A stretch of 64,000 nt of DNA from Candidatus Heimdallarchaeum endolithica (lineage in GTDB: Archaea; Asgardarchaeota; Heimdallarchaeia; Heimdallarchaeales; Heimdallarchaeaceae). A model generated the notes under the pieces. It saw nothing but the letters and a program-made list of their open reading frames with translations, did no database searches and was not told the origin of the DNA. A program made the translations under genes and the position numbers. The DNA lies in NCBI GenBank assembly GCA_021513715.1, contig CP084167.1:3136001-3200000 (forward strand), written 5' to 3'. Positions 1 to 11,190 of this stretch are shown here, in pieces. The stretch's first letter is position 1, and each line of letters starts with the position of its first letter.

Positions 1-314
1 TCTCCTCCAAAGGATTCGATTAAATCATGGGTTACGTTTGCTCCTGTAGTTACAATAACATGAACCATTTTCTTATTAATCATGTCAGTAATGATGTGTC
101 TCATCCCCCCAGGGACTAAAGCTCCAGCTAAACCAAGAAAAATTGTAGCTTTATCATTAATCATTTCAGTGTAAATCTTTATAGCCTCAGCTATTCGTCC
201 TGGACCAAAAACTCCAGAATTGGCAAATTCATCCATAAGTTCAGAAACAGTTTGTTCTGCAAAGCAATTAATATGGTTAACTTTTGAAAATTTATTCTTT
301 TTTTGATGGTTCAT
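1..314 (-). CDS. dys: Deoxyhypusine synthase, N-terminal part (runs off the window start)
   Basis: Not in the ORF track. Manual translation from ATG at 314 gives MNHQKKNKFSKVNHINCFAEQTVSELMDEFANSGVFGPGRIAEA...IFLGLAGALVPGGMRHIITDMINKKMVHVIVTTGANVTHDLIESFGG, the hallmark DHS motifs. Confidence 0.9.
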   Translation of the reverse strand, partial: MNHQKKNKFSKVNHINCFAEQTVSELMDEFANSGVFGPGRIAEAIKIYTEMINDKATIFLGLAGALVPGGMRHIITDMINKKMVHVIVTTGANVTHDLIESFGG

Positions 315-330
315 AAGTCTCAAAAAGTAA

Positions 331-609
331 TTAACCTTTAGCTTCTTTAGCTTTTTTAATAAGGTATTCAATTTCCTTAGCACGAAAAGGTGACTCCTCT
401 AACTCTGAATGGTCAATAGGACAAAGATAACGTTCTTCATCATTTACTTGTATCTTACCGAGAGGAACCTTACAAATGTATACTCTTCCACAAGTTCGAC
501 AATAAAAAGTACTACGAGTATATTCTTCAAATAAATCAATATCACTGTCAATTAGACAAAAAGGACAAGGAAACATACATATTGTTGGTCTATAACTCTC
601 TTTAGGCAT
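331..609 (-). CDS. Small Cys-rich putative zinc-ribbon protein
   Basis: CPFC, CRTC and CPIDH motifs in 92 aa; co-oriented with dys. Confidence 0.6.
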   Translation of the reverse strand: MPKESYRPTICMFPCPFCLIDSDIDLFEEYTRSTFYCRTCGRVYICKVPLGKIQVNDEERYLCPIDHSELEESPFRAKEIEYLIKKAKEAKG

Positions 610-761
610 TCTTATTCACTAAGTTTATACAGTATAATGTTATTGTTATAATATATCAATTTTCTCATATAAAAATAAGAGCATAAAATCAAAAATAACT
701 TTAAAGAATTTTGTTTTTTGAAAAGGTTAAACTTATTTTTTCGTATTTTATCTATTTAAAA

Positions 762-1562
762 CTAATACCATTTCTTAAATGGAGGAAAGTGAAGAACATC
801 ATTCGCACTTTCTAATAGAACAAAAGATTCAAATTCTGAGAGTTCGACATTATTTCTTAAAATAGGAGAAAGCAATGAAGACTGATCCTTGGGAGTAATA
901 GGATTCCCACCTGAATAAGAAGAAAAGGCAGGAAGAACAATTAATTTTCTATGTTTTACTTTTTTTTCCTTTTCCTTATTAAGAGGACCAATAAGTAAAG
1001 ATTTCATTTTTACTACTTGCAATTCATCTAGTTTAACATGAAATAAAGGGTGTTCATGACCAATTAGAACAAATTCAACACTCTCAGGCAAATCTTCTGG
1101 AAGATTTTTGTGCCCGTGTGTAAAGAAATAACGCTCAATTACAAGGTCTTCAACAAGTTTACAATTTTCTATATCTCGAGTAACCCAAGAAAGAAAAACA
1201 TCATGATTTCCTTTAACTATAACTACTTCTCTTATAAAAAGTGAAACTACATTTAAAAACTCTTTAACTTCTCTATTTTCAACTTTGGTTGGTTCATTAA
1301 AACTATGCTTTAGATCACCATTGATGATTAATCTTATAGGTTTTATTTTTTTAATGTAAAACAAAATTTTCTTAGTAAGTTTTTCAGTTTGTGTTTTAAG
1401 AACAGCTACACCATCTTCAGCCATAATAGTTTCTAAACCCAAATGAACATCAGCAATTACTAAAGAACGAATATCTTTAAGATAAACAATTGGTGAAGCA
1501 TCTAGAATATTGATATCTTCAGCTATTGGAAAAAAGTTTATTCTCTCTTGTGATTCATGCAT
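762..1562 (-). CDS. Calcineurin-like metallophosphoesterase (archaeal SbcD/Mre11-related type)
   Basis: ADVHLG, INGDLKH, KGNHD, FTHGH, IGHEHP and LPAFS motifs. Confidence 0.85.
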   Translation of the reverse strand: MHESQERINFFPIAEDINILDASPIVYLKDIRSLVIADVHLGLETIMAEDGVAVLKTQTEKLTKKILFYIKKIKPIRLIINGDLKHSFNEPTKVENREVKEFLNVVSLFIREVVIVKGNHDVFLSWVTRDIENCKLVEDLVIERYFFTHGHKNLPEDLPESVEFVLIGHEHPLFHVKLDELQVVKMKSLLIGPLNKEKEKKVKHRKLIVLPAFSSYSGGNPITPKDQSSLLSPILRNNVELSEFESFVLLESANDVLHFPPFKKWY

Positions 1563-1771
1563 TTAATTAACAATTTCATTTCTGGTCTTAAATCCTCCTT
1601 TTTTTGCTTATAAAGTAAAAGAAAAATTTGTAATAATTCAAGAATTCAATAGATTTGTTCTTATTACTCACATTTTTGTGAATAAACTTTATAAAAAAAT
1701 AATCGTATTGTTCACTGATTTAAGACTTTAAATATTTATGATTCTGAATAAGTTTTTACTGTTTTGAATTA

Positions 1772-4700
1772 TTGTTCGTAGAGTTGAAATTTATGAAAAG
1801 AATAGCAAAAAACAAGAGCATAAGTTTAGCTCTTATTATGATAATAAGCTTAAGTTTCTTGTTTTCTTATTTTGGTCAAAAGGAGGTTCTCACTTCACAA
1901 CCTATCCAAAATGGCCAAAAAACAATATCAGACGTTAGCTCTGATGAGAATAGGATAGTAAAAAAAGGTTATACTTCTCATGCACCTATATCTATTTCCT
2001 CTGATAGTGATTTAACTATTTTTCCTGGTTCAGGAACAAAAGCTGACCCTTATGTTATAGAAAACTACAATATTACAAGCTCTAGTAGTGATGGTATTTA
2101 TATAACTGGTACAACTAAATATATTCTTATTCGCAATTGTTACCTTGATGGAGAAGATTCAAATTTTTATGGTATTTATATTAATTCAATTGCAAGTGGT
2201 ACACTAACTGTCACTAATAACAGTGTGAATAATTATAGCTCTGGTATATATATACGGTATAGTTCTAATAATATTTTTACTTCTAATACCATAACCAATA
2301 GTAGTCAATACGGTATATATTTATCTTCTAGTTCTAATAATACTTTTTCTTCTAATACCATAACCAATAGTGATAATTATGGTATGTTTTTAAATTTTAG
2401 TTCTAATAATACTTTTACTTCTAATACTATAACCAATAGTGGTTCTTCTGGTATATTTTTATCTCCTAATTCTAAAGACAATTCTTTTACTTCTAATACT
2501 ATAAGCAATAGTGATAATTATGGTATATTTTTAAATTTTAGTTCTAATAATACTTTTACTTCTAATACTATAACCAATAGTAGTTCTTATGGTATATATT
2601 TATCTGCTAGTTCTAAAAACAATATTTTTACTTCTAATACCATAACCAATAGTAGCTCTTATGGTGTATTTTTGTATTCTAGTTCTAATAACAATTCTTT
2701 TTCTTCTAATACCATAACCAATAGTAGTTCTTCTGGTATATCTTTATCCTCTAGTTCTAATAATACTTTTATTTCTAATACCATAACCAATAGTAGTTCC
2801 TCTGGTATATCTTTATCCTCTAGTTCTAATAATACTTTTATTTCTAATACCATAACCAATAGTAGTTCCTCTAGTATATCTTTATGGTCTAGTTCTACTA
2901 ATAATTCTTTTACTTCTAATACCATAACCAATAGTGATAATTATGGTATATTTTTATCTTCTAGTTCTACTAATAATTCTTTTACTTCTAATACCATAAC
3001 CAATAGTAGTCAATACGGTATATTTCTATCTTCTAGTTCTACTAATAATTCTTTTACTTCTAATACCATAAGCAATAGTTCTTCTGGTATATCTTTATCC
3101 TCTAGTTCTAATAATACTTTTATTTCTAATACCATAACGAATAGTGATAATTATGGTATATTTTTATCTTCTAGTTCTACTAATACTTTTACCTCTAATA
3201 CAATAACGAATAGTGATAATTATGGTATATTTTTATCTTCTAGTTCTACTAATAATATTTTTACTTCTAATACCATAACCAATAGTAGTCAATACGGTAT
3301 ATTTTTATCTGTTAGTTCTACTAATACTTTTACCTCTAACACAATAACGAATAGTTCTTATGGTATATCTTTACAGTCTAGTTCTACTAATAATTCTTTT
3401 ACTTCTAATACCATAACGAATAGTAGTCAATACGGTATATTTTTATCTTCTAGTTCTACTAATACTTTTACCTCTAACACAATAACGAATAGTTCTTCTG
3501 GTATATCTTTATGGTCTAGTTCTACTAATATTTTTACTTTTAATACCATAAGCAATAGTAGTTCTTCTGGTATATCTTTATGGTCTAGTTCTAATAATAC
3601 TTTTGTAAAAAACATTCTAATTAAAAATAATCCTGGTGGTTCTTCACAAGCGTATGATGAGGGAATGAATAACAAATTTTACTCAGGGACAACAGGTAAT
3701 TATTGGTATGACTGGAGTGGAACAGGAGTATATGATATAGATGGTACAGCTAATAACTTTGATCCTTATCCAATGCATGTGGACCTAGACCAAGATAATA
3801 TGCCTGATAAATGGGAAGAAGATAACGGCCTAAATACCAACATTGATGATTCTTCTTTAGACCCTGATGGCGATGGTTTAACTAATATAGAAGAATACTC
3901 TAACTCCACCGACCCTAATGATTCTGATACTGATAATGATGGTTTAACTGATGGAGAAGAGGTTACAACTTACTCTACCGATCCTTTGGTTTCTGATACT
4001 GATAGTGATGGTTTAACTGACGGAGAAGAGGTTACAACTTACTCTACTGATCCTTTGGATTCTGATACTGATGATGACGGTATGTCTGACGGTTGGGAAG
4101 TAGATAACAGTTTGGACCCATTAACTGATGATTCAGCTGAAGACCCTGATAGTGACGGTTTAACTAACTTTGAGGAATATCAAGCTGGTACAGACCCTAA
4201 TGCTAGTGATACTGACGGTGATGGTTTAACAGATGATGAGGAAGTTAACACCTACAATACTGATCCTAATAATTCTGATACTGACGGTGATGGTATGTCT
4301 GATGGTTGGGAAGTAGATAACAGTTTGGACCCCTTAACTGATGATTCAGCTGAAGATCCTGATAGTGACGGTTTAACTAACTTTGAGGAATATCAAGCTG
4401 GTACAGACCCTAATGCTAGTGATACTGATAGTGACGGTATGTCTGACAGTTGGGAAGTAGATAATAGTTTGGACCCCTTAACTGATGATTCAGCTGAAGA
4501 TCCTGATAGTGACGGTTTAACTAACTTTGAGGAATATCAAGCTGGTACAGACCCTAATGCTAGTGATACTGACTGTGACGGTATGTCTGACGGTTGGGAA
4601 GTGGATAACAGTCTGGACCCCTTAACTGATGATTCTTCTTTAGACCCTGATAGTGACGGTTTAACTAACTTTGAGGAATATCAAGCTGGTACAGACCCCG

Positions 4701-6394
4701 ATGCTAGTGATACTGACTGTGACGGTATGTCTGACGGTTGGGAAGTGGATAACAGTCTGGACCCCTTAACTGATGATTCAGCTGAAGACCCTGATAGTGA
4801 CGGTTTAACTAACTTTGAGGAATATCAAGCTGGTACAGACCCCAATGCTAGTGATACTGACGGTGATGATTTAACAGATGATGAGGAAGTTAACACTTAC
4901 AATACTGATCCTTTGGATTCTGATACTGATGGTGACGGTATGTCTGACGGTTGGGAAGTAGATAACAGTCTGGACCCCTTAACTGATGATTCTTTTTTAG
5001 ACCCTGATAGTGACGGTTTAACTAACTTTGAGGAATATCAAGCTGGTACAGACCCTAATGCTAGTGATACTGACGGTGATGGTTTAACAGATGATGAGGA
5101 AGTTAACACCTACAATACTGATCCTTTGGATTCTGATACTGATGATGACGGTATGTCTGACAGTTGGGAAGTAGATAATAGTTTGGACCCCTTAACTGAT
5201 GATTCAGCTGAAGACCCTGATAGTGACGGTTTAACTAACTTTGAGGAATATCAAGCTGGTACAGACCCCAATGCTAGTGATACTGACGGTGACGGTATGT
5301 CTGACGGTTGGGAAGTGGATAACAGTTTGGATCCTCTTGTTGATGATTCAGCTGAAGACCCTGATAGTGACGGTTTAACTAACTTTGAGGAATATCAAGC
5401 TGGTACAGACCCTAATGCTAGTGATACTGACGGTGATGGTTTAACAGATGATGAGGAAGTTAACACTTACAATACTGATCCTTTGGATTCTGATACTGAT
5501 GGTGACGGTATGCCTGACGGTTGGGAAGTAGAAAACAGTCTGGATCCCGTTACAGACGATGGAAATGATGATCCTGATAGTGATGGTTTAACTAACTTAG
5601 AAGAGTATCAAGCTGGTACTGACCCTCTTGTTTCTGACACAGATGGTGACGGTATGCCTGACGGTTGGGAAGTAGAAAACAGTCTGGATCCCGTTACAGA
5701 CGATGGAAATGATGATCCTGATAGTGATGGTTTAACTAACTTAGAAGAGTATCAAGCTGGTACTGACCCTCTTGTTTCTGACACAGATGGTGACGGTATG
5801 CCTGACGGTTGGGAAGTGGAAAATAGTTTGGACCCTCTTGTTGACGATTCTTCTGAAGATCCTGATGGTGATGGATTAACTAACTTAGAGGAGTATCAAG
5901 TTGGTACAGATCCTAATAATTCTGATACTGACGGTGATGGTATGTCTGATGGTTGGGAAGTGGAAAATAGTTTGGACCCCCTTGTTGATGATGCTGATGA
6001 AGATCCTGATAGTGATGGTTTAACTAATTTAGAAGAGTATACTAATGAAACTGACCCTAATAATTCTGACACAGATGGTGATGGACTTGGTGATGGCGAA
6101 GAAGTTAATGCTTATTCTACTGATCCTAATGATTCTGATACCGACGGTGATGGTATGCCTGATGGTTGGGAAGTGGATAACAGTCTGGACCCCTTAACTG
6201 ATGATTCAGCTGAAGACCCTGATAGTGACGGTTTAACTAATTTAGAAGAGTATCAAGCTGGTACAGACCCACAAGTACCTGATGCTCAAGGAGGAACACC
6301 TATTACAACTTATATTATCGCTGGTGGAGCAGTTTTGGGTATTTTGGTTATAGGTGGATTAATTTTCAGATTTATTCGACGACGGAGAAAATGA
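1772..6394 (+). CDS. Membrane-anchored surface protein: right-handed beta-helix (NosD/PbH1-like) plus acidic DxDxDG Ca-binding (TSP3-like) repeat stalk; likely start ATG 1793
   Basis: N-terminal signal/[15 protein letters not shown] cap, GIxLxxSxNNxFxxNTIxN repeats, GNYWYDW..FDPYP cap, DxDxDGLxxxxE repeats, C-terminal TM followed by RRRRK. Confidence 0.88.
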   Translation: MFVELKFMKRIAKNKSISLALIMIISLSFLFSYFGQKEVLTSQPIQNGQKTISDVSSDENRIVKKGYTSHAPISISSDSDLTIFPGSGTKADPYVIENYNITSSSSDGIYITGTTKYILIRNCYLDGEDSNFYGIYINSIASGTLTVTNNSVNNYSSGIYIRYSSNNIFTSNTITNSSQYGIYLSSSSNNTFSSNTITNSDNYGMFLNFSSNNTFTSNTITNSGSSGIFLSPNSKDNSFTSNTISNSDNYGIFLNFSSNNTFTSNTITNSSSYGIYLSASSKNNIFTSNTITNSSSYGVFLYSSSNNNSFSSNTITNSSSSGISLSSSSNNTFISNTITNSSSSGISLSSSSNNTFISNTITNSSSSSISLWSSSTNNSFTSNTITNSDNYGIFLSSSSTNNSFTSNTITNSSQYGIFLSSSSTNNSFTSNTISNSSSGISLSSSSNNTFISNTITNSDNYGIFLSSSSTNTFTSNTITNSDNYGIFLSSSSTNNIFTSNTITNSSQYGIFLSVSSTNTFTSNTITNSSYGISLQSSSTNNSFTSNTITNSSQYGIFLSSSSTNTFTSNTITNSSSGISLWSSSTNIFTFNTISNSSSSGISLWSSSNNTFVKNILIKNNPGGSSQAYDEGMNNKFYSGTTGNYWYDWSGTGVYDIDGTANNFDPYPMHVDLDQDNMPDKWEEDNGLNTNIDDSSLDPDGDGLTNIEEYSNSTDPNDSDTDNDGLTDGEEVTTYSTDPLVSDTDSDGLTDGEEVTTYSTDPLDSDTDDDGMSDGWEVDNSLDPLTDDSAEDPDSDGLTNFEEYQAGTDPNASDTDGDGLTDDEEVNTYNTDPNNSDTDGDGMSDGWEVDNSLDPLTDDSAEDPDSDGLTNFEEYQAGTDPNASDTDSDGMSDSWEVDNSLDPLTDDSAEDPDSDGLTNFEEYQAGTDPNASDTDCDGMSDGWEVDNSLDPLTDDSSLDPDSDGLTNFEEYQAGTDPDASDTDCDGMSDGWEVDNSLDPLTDDSAEDPDSDGLTNFEEYQAGTDPNASDTDGDDLTDDEEVNTYNTDPLDSDTDGDGMSDGWEVDNSLDPLTDDSFLDPDSDGLTNFEEYQAGTDPNASDTDGDGLTDDEEVNTYNTDPLDSDTDDDGMSDSWEVDNSLDPLTDDSAEDPDSDGLTNFEEYQAGTDPNASDTDGDGMSDGWEVDNSLDPLVDDSAEDPDSDGLTNFEEYQAGTDPNASDTDGDGLTDDEEVNTYNTDPLDSDTDGDGMPDGWEVENSLDPVTDDGNDDPDSDGLTNLEEYQAGTDPLVSDTDGDGMPDGWEVENSLDPVTDDGNDDPDSDGLTNLEEYQAGTDPLVSDTDGDGMPDGWEVENSLDPLVDDSSEDPDGDGLTNLEEYQVGTDPNNSDTDGDGMSDGWEVENSLDPLVDDADEDPDSDGLTNLEEYTNETDPNNSDTDGDGLGDGEEVNAYSTDPNDSDTDGDGMPDGWEVDNSLDPLTDDSAEDPDSDGLTNLEEYQAGTDPQVPDAQGGTPITTYIIAGGAVLGILVIGGLIFRFIRRRRK
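2255..3605 (+). repeat. Intragenic ~66-69-bp tandem repeats encoding beta-helix rungs
   Basis: Recurrent tctaataccataaccaatagt...ggtatat...tctagttcta units, several near-identical. Confidence 0.9.
3860..6275 (+). repeat. Intragenic tandem repeats: 144-bp unit plus optional 69-bp unit encoding Ca-binding motifs
   Basis: Unit starts at 4421 and 4565 are 144 bp apart; gacggtttaactaactttgaggaatatcaagctggtacagaccc recurs identically. Confidence 0.9.
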
Positions 6395-6710
6395 CTTTTT
6401 GTTTTATTTTCTTTCTCTTTTTTCTTTCACTCGATTATATTGTTCTTATTCTTGTTAGTTTAAAAAAACGCTTTTTTTTATTTCCTCTTGAGAAAATTGA
6501 TGCAAGTAGCATTTTTTTTGTCTTATTATTTTTATCTATTAACTTGACTTTTGGATAAAGGATTCTAATCCTTATCTTGATTTTGGAATTTTTTTTAGGA
6601 ATCATTCACTCACGAAAAGGAAAATCATTTCTAAAAAAAAGAAAATAATTAATCAACTTATGATATTTTTAAAAACAGTAGAAAAAATTTATTAGAAAAT
6701 TTGTGTATTA

Positions 6711-6870
6711 TTCACTGATTCAAGACTTTAAATACTTATCATTCTGAATAAGTTTTTACTGTTTTGGATTAGTGCTCGTAGAGTTGAAATTTATGAAAAG
6801 AATAGCAAAAAACAAGAGCATAAGTTTAGCTCTTACTCTTATAATAAGTTTAAGTTTCTTGTTTTGTTAT
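6711..6870 (+). repeat. Duplicated promoter/signal-peptide region, near-identical to 1711..1870; the 3' flanks ~6365-6502 and ~9102-9233 are also duplicated
   Basis: ttcactgatt.aagactttaaata.ttat.attctgaataagtttttactgttttg...gagttgaaatttatgaaaagaatagcaaaaaacaagagcataagtttagctctta is shared. Confidence 0.9.
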
Positions 6871-9131
6871 TTTGTTGAAAAAGAAGAACTAACCTTTCAA
6901 CCTAGTCAAAATAACTTTACACCAATCTCACATTTCAATTCAAATGAAAATAAAGTTATTAAGCATAGTTATACCCCTCATGAACCAATATTAATTGAAA
7001 CTTATCATGATTTAAGTGAGTTTCCTGGTTCAGGAACAGAAGCTGACCCTTATATTATAGAAAATTACGCTATTACTGGGTTTATCTATGTTAACTATGG
7101 TATTTGGATAACTTTTGATGACCTTTTTTTTCTTGTTATTCGTAATTGTTACCTTGGTGATGGGGGCCCTAATAATGGCATTATTATTGAAAATACACAT
7201 TCTAAAATAACAGTTACCAATAATAGCATAAATGACTATCATAGAGGTATATATATCCATTCTAGTGCTTATATCACTCTTGATTCCAACACTATTACTG
7301 ATTGTGACAGCGGTGTAGAACTCCGTAATTCTTATGCTAACAATATTACTTCCAATATTATGCATAACTGTAATATTGGTTTAAGTGCTAATATTGATTC
7401 CACTTATAATACTTTTTTTTCCAATATTGTGTCCAATAGTATATTGGTATATCTCTTGATTCTAGTAGTGATAATGCTTTTACTTCTAATATTATTCGCA
7501 ATAGTGCGTCTTACGGAATAAGACTTTATTCTAGTAGTTCTGATAATACCTTTGTAAAAAACAGCCTAATTACAAATAACTTAGGTGGTTCTTCACAAGC
7601 GTGTGATGAGGGAACAGACAATAAGTTTTATTCTGATACAACAGGAAACTATTGGTCTGACTGGAATGGAACAGGAGCATATGATATAGATGGCACTGCT
7701 AACAATTTTGATCCTTATCCAATGTATATTGACCTTGATCAAGACCTTATGCCTGATAAGTGGGAAGAAGAGAATGGTTTAAACACTAATATCGATGATT
7801 CAGCAGAGGATCCTGACAATGATGGTTTGACTAACTTGGAAGAGTATCAAGCAGATACTGAACCTAACAATTCTGACACTGACGGTGATGGTCTTCCTGA
7901 TGGGTTGGAAGTAGATAACAGTTTAGATCCTCTTGTTAATGATTCTGCAGAAGACCCTGATGGAGATGGTTTAACTAACTTAAAAGAGTGTCAAGCGGGT
8001 ACTGACCCTTTTGATTCTGACACTGACAGTGATGGAATACCTGATGGTTGGGAGGTTGAGAAGAATTTGTACCCTCTATTTGATGATTCTGCTGGAGATC
8101 CTGATTCTGATGGTTTAACTAATTTAGAAGAGTATCAAGCTGGTACTGACCCACAAGTTTCTGACACTGACAGTGATGGTTTGCCTGATGGTGAGGAAAT
8201 AAACACTTATTCTACTGACCCTCTTGATTCTGACACTGACAGTGATGGTTTGCCTGATGGTTGGGAAGTTGATAACAGTTTAGACCCTCTTACTGATGAT
8301 TCTTCTGAAGACCCAGATAATGACAGTTTAACTAACTTGGATGAATATCAAGCTGGTACTGACCCACAGGCTTCAGATCCTGATTCTGATGGTTTGCCTG
8401 ATGGTGAGGAAGTTAATACTTATTCTACTGACCCTCTTGATTCTGACACTGACTCTGATGAAATACCTGATGGTTGGGAAGTGGAAAACAGTTTAGATCC
8501 TCTTGCAGACGATGCGTCAGAAGACCCTGATAGTGATGGTTTAACTAATTTAGAAGAGTATCAAGCTGGTACTGATCCTAATAATTCTGACACTGACTCT
8601 GATGAAATACCTGATGGTTGGGAAGTGGAAAACAGTTTAGATCCTCTTGCAGACGATGCGTCAGAAGACCCTGATAGTGATGGTTTAACTAATTTAGAAG
8701 AGTATCAAGCTGGTACAGACCCTAATGACAATGATACAGATGGTGACGGTATACCTGATGGTTGGGAAGTAGAAAACAGTTTGGATCCCCTTACAGACAA
8801 TGCAGATGAAGACCCTGATGAAGATGGTTTAACTAATTTAGAAGAATATCAAGCTGGAACAGATCCTAATAATTCTGATACTGACGGTGACGGTATGCCT
8901 GACGGTTGGGAAGTAGAAAACAGTTTGGACCCTCTTGTTGACGATGCAAATGAAGACCCAGATGGTGATGGATTAACTAACATAGAAGAATATCAAGCTG
9001 GTACCGACCCACAAGTACCTGATAGTCAAGGAACTCCTATTAAAACCTATATTATTGCTGGTGGAACAGCTCTTGTTATTATTGTTATAAGCGGATTGAC
9101 TTTTAGATTTATACGACGACGGAGAAAATAA
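6772..9131 (+). pseudogene. Paralog of 1772..6394 split by a 1-nt frameshift near 7441 (ORFs 6772..7521 and 7722..9131); likely start ATG 6793
   Basis: After aatagt at 7440 the shifted frame reads IGISLDSSSDNAFTSNIIRNS...[26 protein letters not shown] and runs into the 7722 ORF without a stop. Confidence 0.85.
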
Positions 9132-9423
9132 CTTTTTATTTTATTTTCTTTCTCTTTTTTTTTACTCGATTATATTGTTCTTATTCTTGTTATTTTAGTA
9201 AAAACTCTTTTTTTTCCTCTTGAGAAAATTGATGTTTTTTATCTTGACACACCTTTCCAGCTTAGAGGGTAAATATTTTTCTTTACATCTTTCTCTTTTT
9301 CAATCTTTACATTATTAGTGTTTTTTCACTATTTAAACACCAATTTTTTAATTTGACAAAAATATATAAAAAAGTAATTCATCATTTACCCTCGTAACCA
9401 CTTTTTATTTATTTGTTACCAAC

Positions 9424-9972
9424 GTGGGTAGAGTAAACAATGATGCAAAAAAAAGAAAAAAATATATAAATGAGAAAAGAATTATTGCATTGATGAATTA
9501 TCGTAAGAAAATTGTAGCGTTTATACTTTTAGTTGTAGCTCTTTCTTTAGTTGGATCAAGAGTTTCAGCTTGTACTGAAGTTTACTCTTCCGAAACTAAC
9601 ATTCTTTCAACTCATATATTAACTGCATATTATTCTGATTTAGAGGGTAAAGGCGTAGAAAACGATATTTTTACTTCTATTTACATTTCTTTTGACTCTC
9701 CATATTATTATAACCATTTATATTGTTATGTTGAACTTACACTTCCTTCAGGATACTACTATTCTTATCTGATATCTATTGAGTTCTATGGAGTATATGA
9801 AACTACTCTTCCCATTTATATGTATAATCATGCAACTGAAAGTGGGGATTATATCTTATATGTAGCTTCATTCTTTGCATGTAGTAATCATTATTTAGCT
9901 GAATCACTTGTTATCTTTGATCCTCCTGGTGGAACTGACGGAGCAGATCCTCCCAGAATAGAAATTGGGTAA
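9424..9972 (+). CDS. Small secreted beta-rich protein with C-terminal FDPPGG motif; true start probably MNYRKK
   Basis: Signal peptide KKIVAFILLVVALSLVGSRVSA, Tyr-rich body, IFDPPGGTDGADPP end. Confidence 0.7.
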   Translation: MGRVNNDAKKRKKYINEKRIIALMNYRKKIVAFILLVVALSLVGSRVSACTEVYSSETNILSTHILTAYYSDLEGKGVENDIFTSIYISFDSPYYYNHLYCYVELTLPSGYYYSYLISIEFYGVYETTLPIYMYNHATESGDYILYVASFFACSNHYLAESLVIFDPPGGTDGADPPRIEIG

Positions 9973-10020
9973 TGAAAAAAGTAACACTGCTCCAGAATAT
10001 TGTTAAAAATGCTATAAAAA

Positions 10021-11163
10021 TTGGTGAAACATTTGTACTTAGATAAAAACGAGTATGAAGTACTGCTAGCCTTACAAAGAGATCCCCTCGCTAGTATCAG
10101 TGATATTAGAGAGGATATAAGTAAACGTGATTCTAAAGAAAGATCTTTTTATAGTGTAAAGAAGGCCTTTACTTCACTTTTAGAAAAAGGAATAATTAAG
10201 AACTTTGCTGCATCTATTAATCCTAGTAAAATAGGTCTGGAAAAGAGAAGTTACTTTTTTAACACATCTTCATTTAAGAAAACTCAAGAATTAGAAAAAA
10301 TATTAGATTGCCATAACTACAGTCGATACAGATGTCGAGCTATCACAGGATCGAAGACTGGACTTTATGTTGAATTTGAGATTCCTCCAGGTACAGAAGG
10401 ATACATTGAAGAGTTAATTGAAATTTTAACAAAAAAACAATATATTTTCAATGTATTGGAGCTTGGAAAAGAAGAAAGTGTAATTCAAACAAATATAAAT
10501 CTTAAATTTATTGATCCTTCTTCTTTGCAGTGGACTTTCAACTTTGACGAGTGGATAAATGGTAACGAAAAAAATGATGGGAATACAATTAAAATAACAT
10601 CCAAAATAGAAAAAAAGAAGATAAATGAAACTGATTTATGGCTTATGCGAATATTGACCATTAATCCTCGACAAAAAAATAAAGATCTATTACAAAAATT
10701 ACAAGAAGAAAAGAAAAAACTAACAGGGACAGAGTTACGGAAAGATCTTACAACTATTTCAAGAAGAAAAAACTATATCCTAGAAAACTATATTGGTGAT
10801 ACTCAAGTTTTGATAGATACAGAGATTTTTTCATTAGATGTTAGGATGATTTTTAATGTTATAATGAAGAAAAAGTATGTTGAGGAAATAAAAAAGAAAT
10901 TAATTAACAATCCATTACCTTTTAGAACGAATTTCGTAGAAACGAAAAAAGGTTTTAGATGGTACATTTATCGTTCTCCAACTAGTTATGTTAATCAATT
11001 AACTAATTGGATATGGTCAATGGATCCAGAGTGCATGAGAACAATCCATTGGCTTCCTTTTGGGAGATTATACTGGTTTTACCCATTAAACTATGATTTA
11101 GAAATATCAGATTGGAAGAAGAGTAGAGAACATTTCTTTGATCCAATACAAAAATTTCTATAA
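10021..11163 (+). CDS. Tandem Lrp/AsnC-like winged-helix transcription regulator
   Basis: Two HTH-like modules: LDKNEYEVLLALQRDPLASISDI...LLEKGII...INPSKIGL and INETDLWLMRILTINPR...TTISRR. Confidence 0.7.
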   Translation: MVKHLYLDKNEYEVLLALQRDPLASISDIREDISKRDSKERSFYSVKKAFTSLLEKGIIKNFAASINPSKIGLEKRSYFFNTSSFKKTQELEKILDCHNYSRYRCRAITGSKTGLYVEFEIPPGTEGYIEELIEILTKKQYIFNVLELGKEESVIQTNINLKFIDPSSLQWTFNFDEWINGNEKNDGNTIKITSKIEKKKINETDLWLMRILTINPRQKNKDLLQKLQEEKKKLTGTELRKDLTTISRRKNYILENYIGDTQVLIDTEIFSLDVRMIFNVIMKKKYVEEIKKKLINNPLPFRTNFVETKKGFRWYIYRSPTSYVNQLTNWIWSMDPECMRTIHWLPFGRLYWFYPLNYDLEISDWKKSREHFFDPIQKFL

Positions 11164-11190
11164 TTTTCTAAGATAATCCAATTTTTTTGG

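Noticed and set aside
2659-3675. Antisense ORFs in the beta-helix repeats, and other short shadow ORFs inside long genes
   Set aside because: They overlap well-supported genes and arise from repeat or codon bias.
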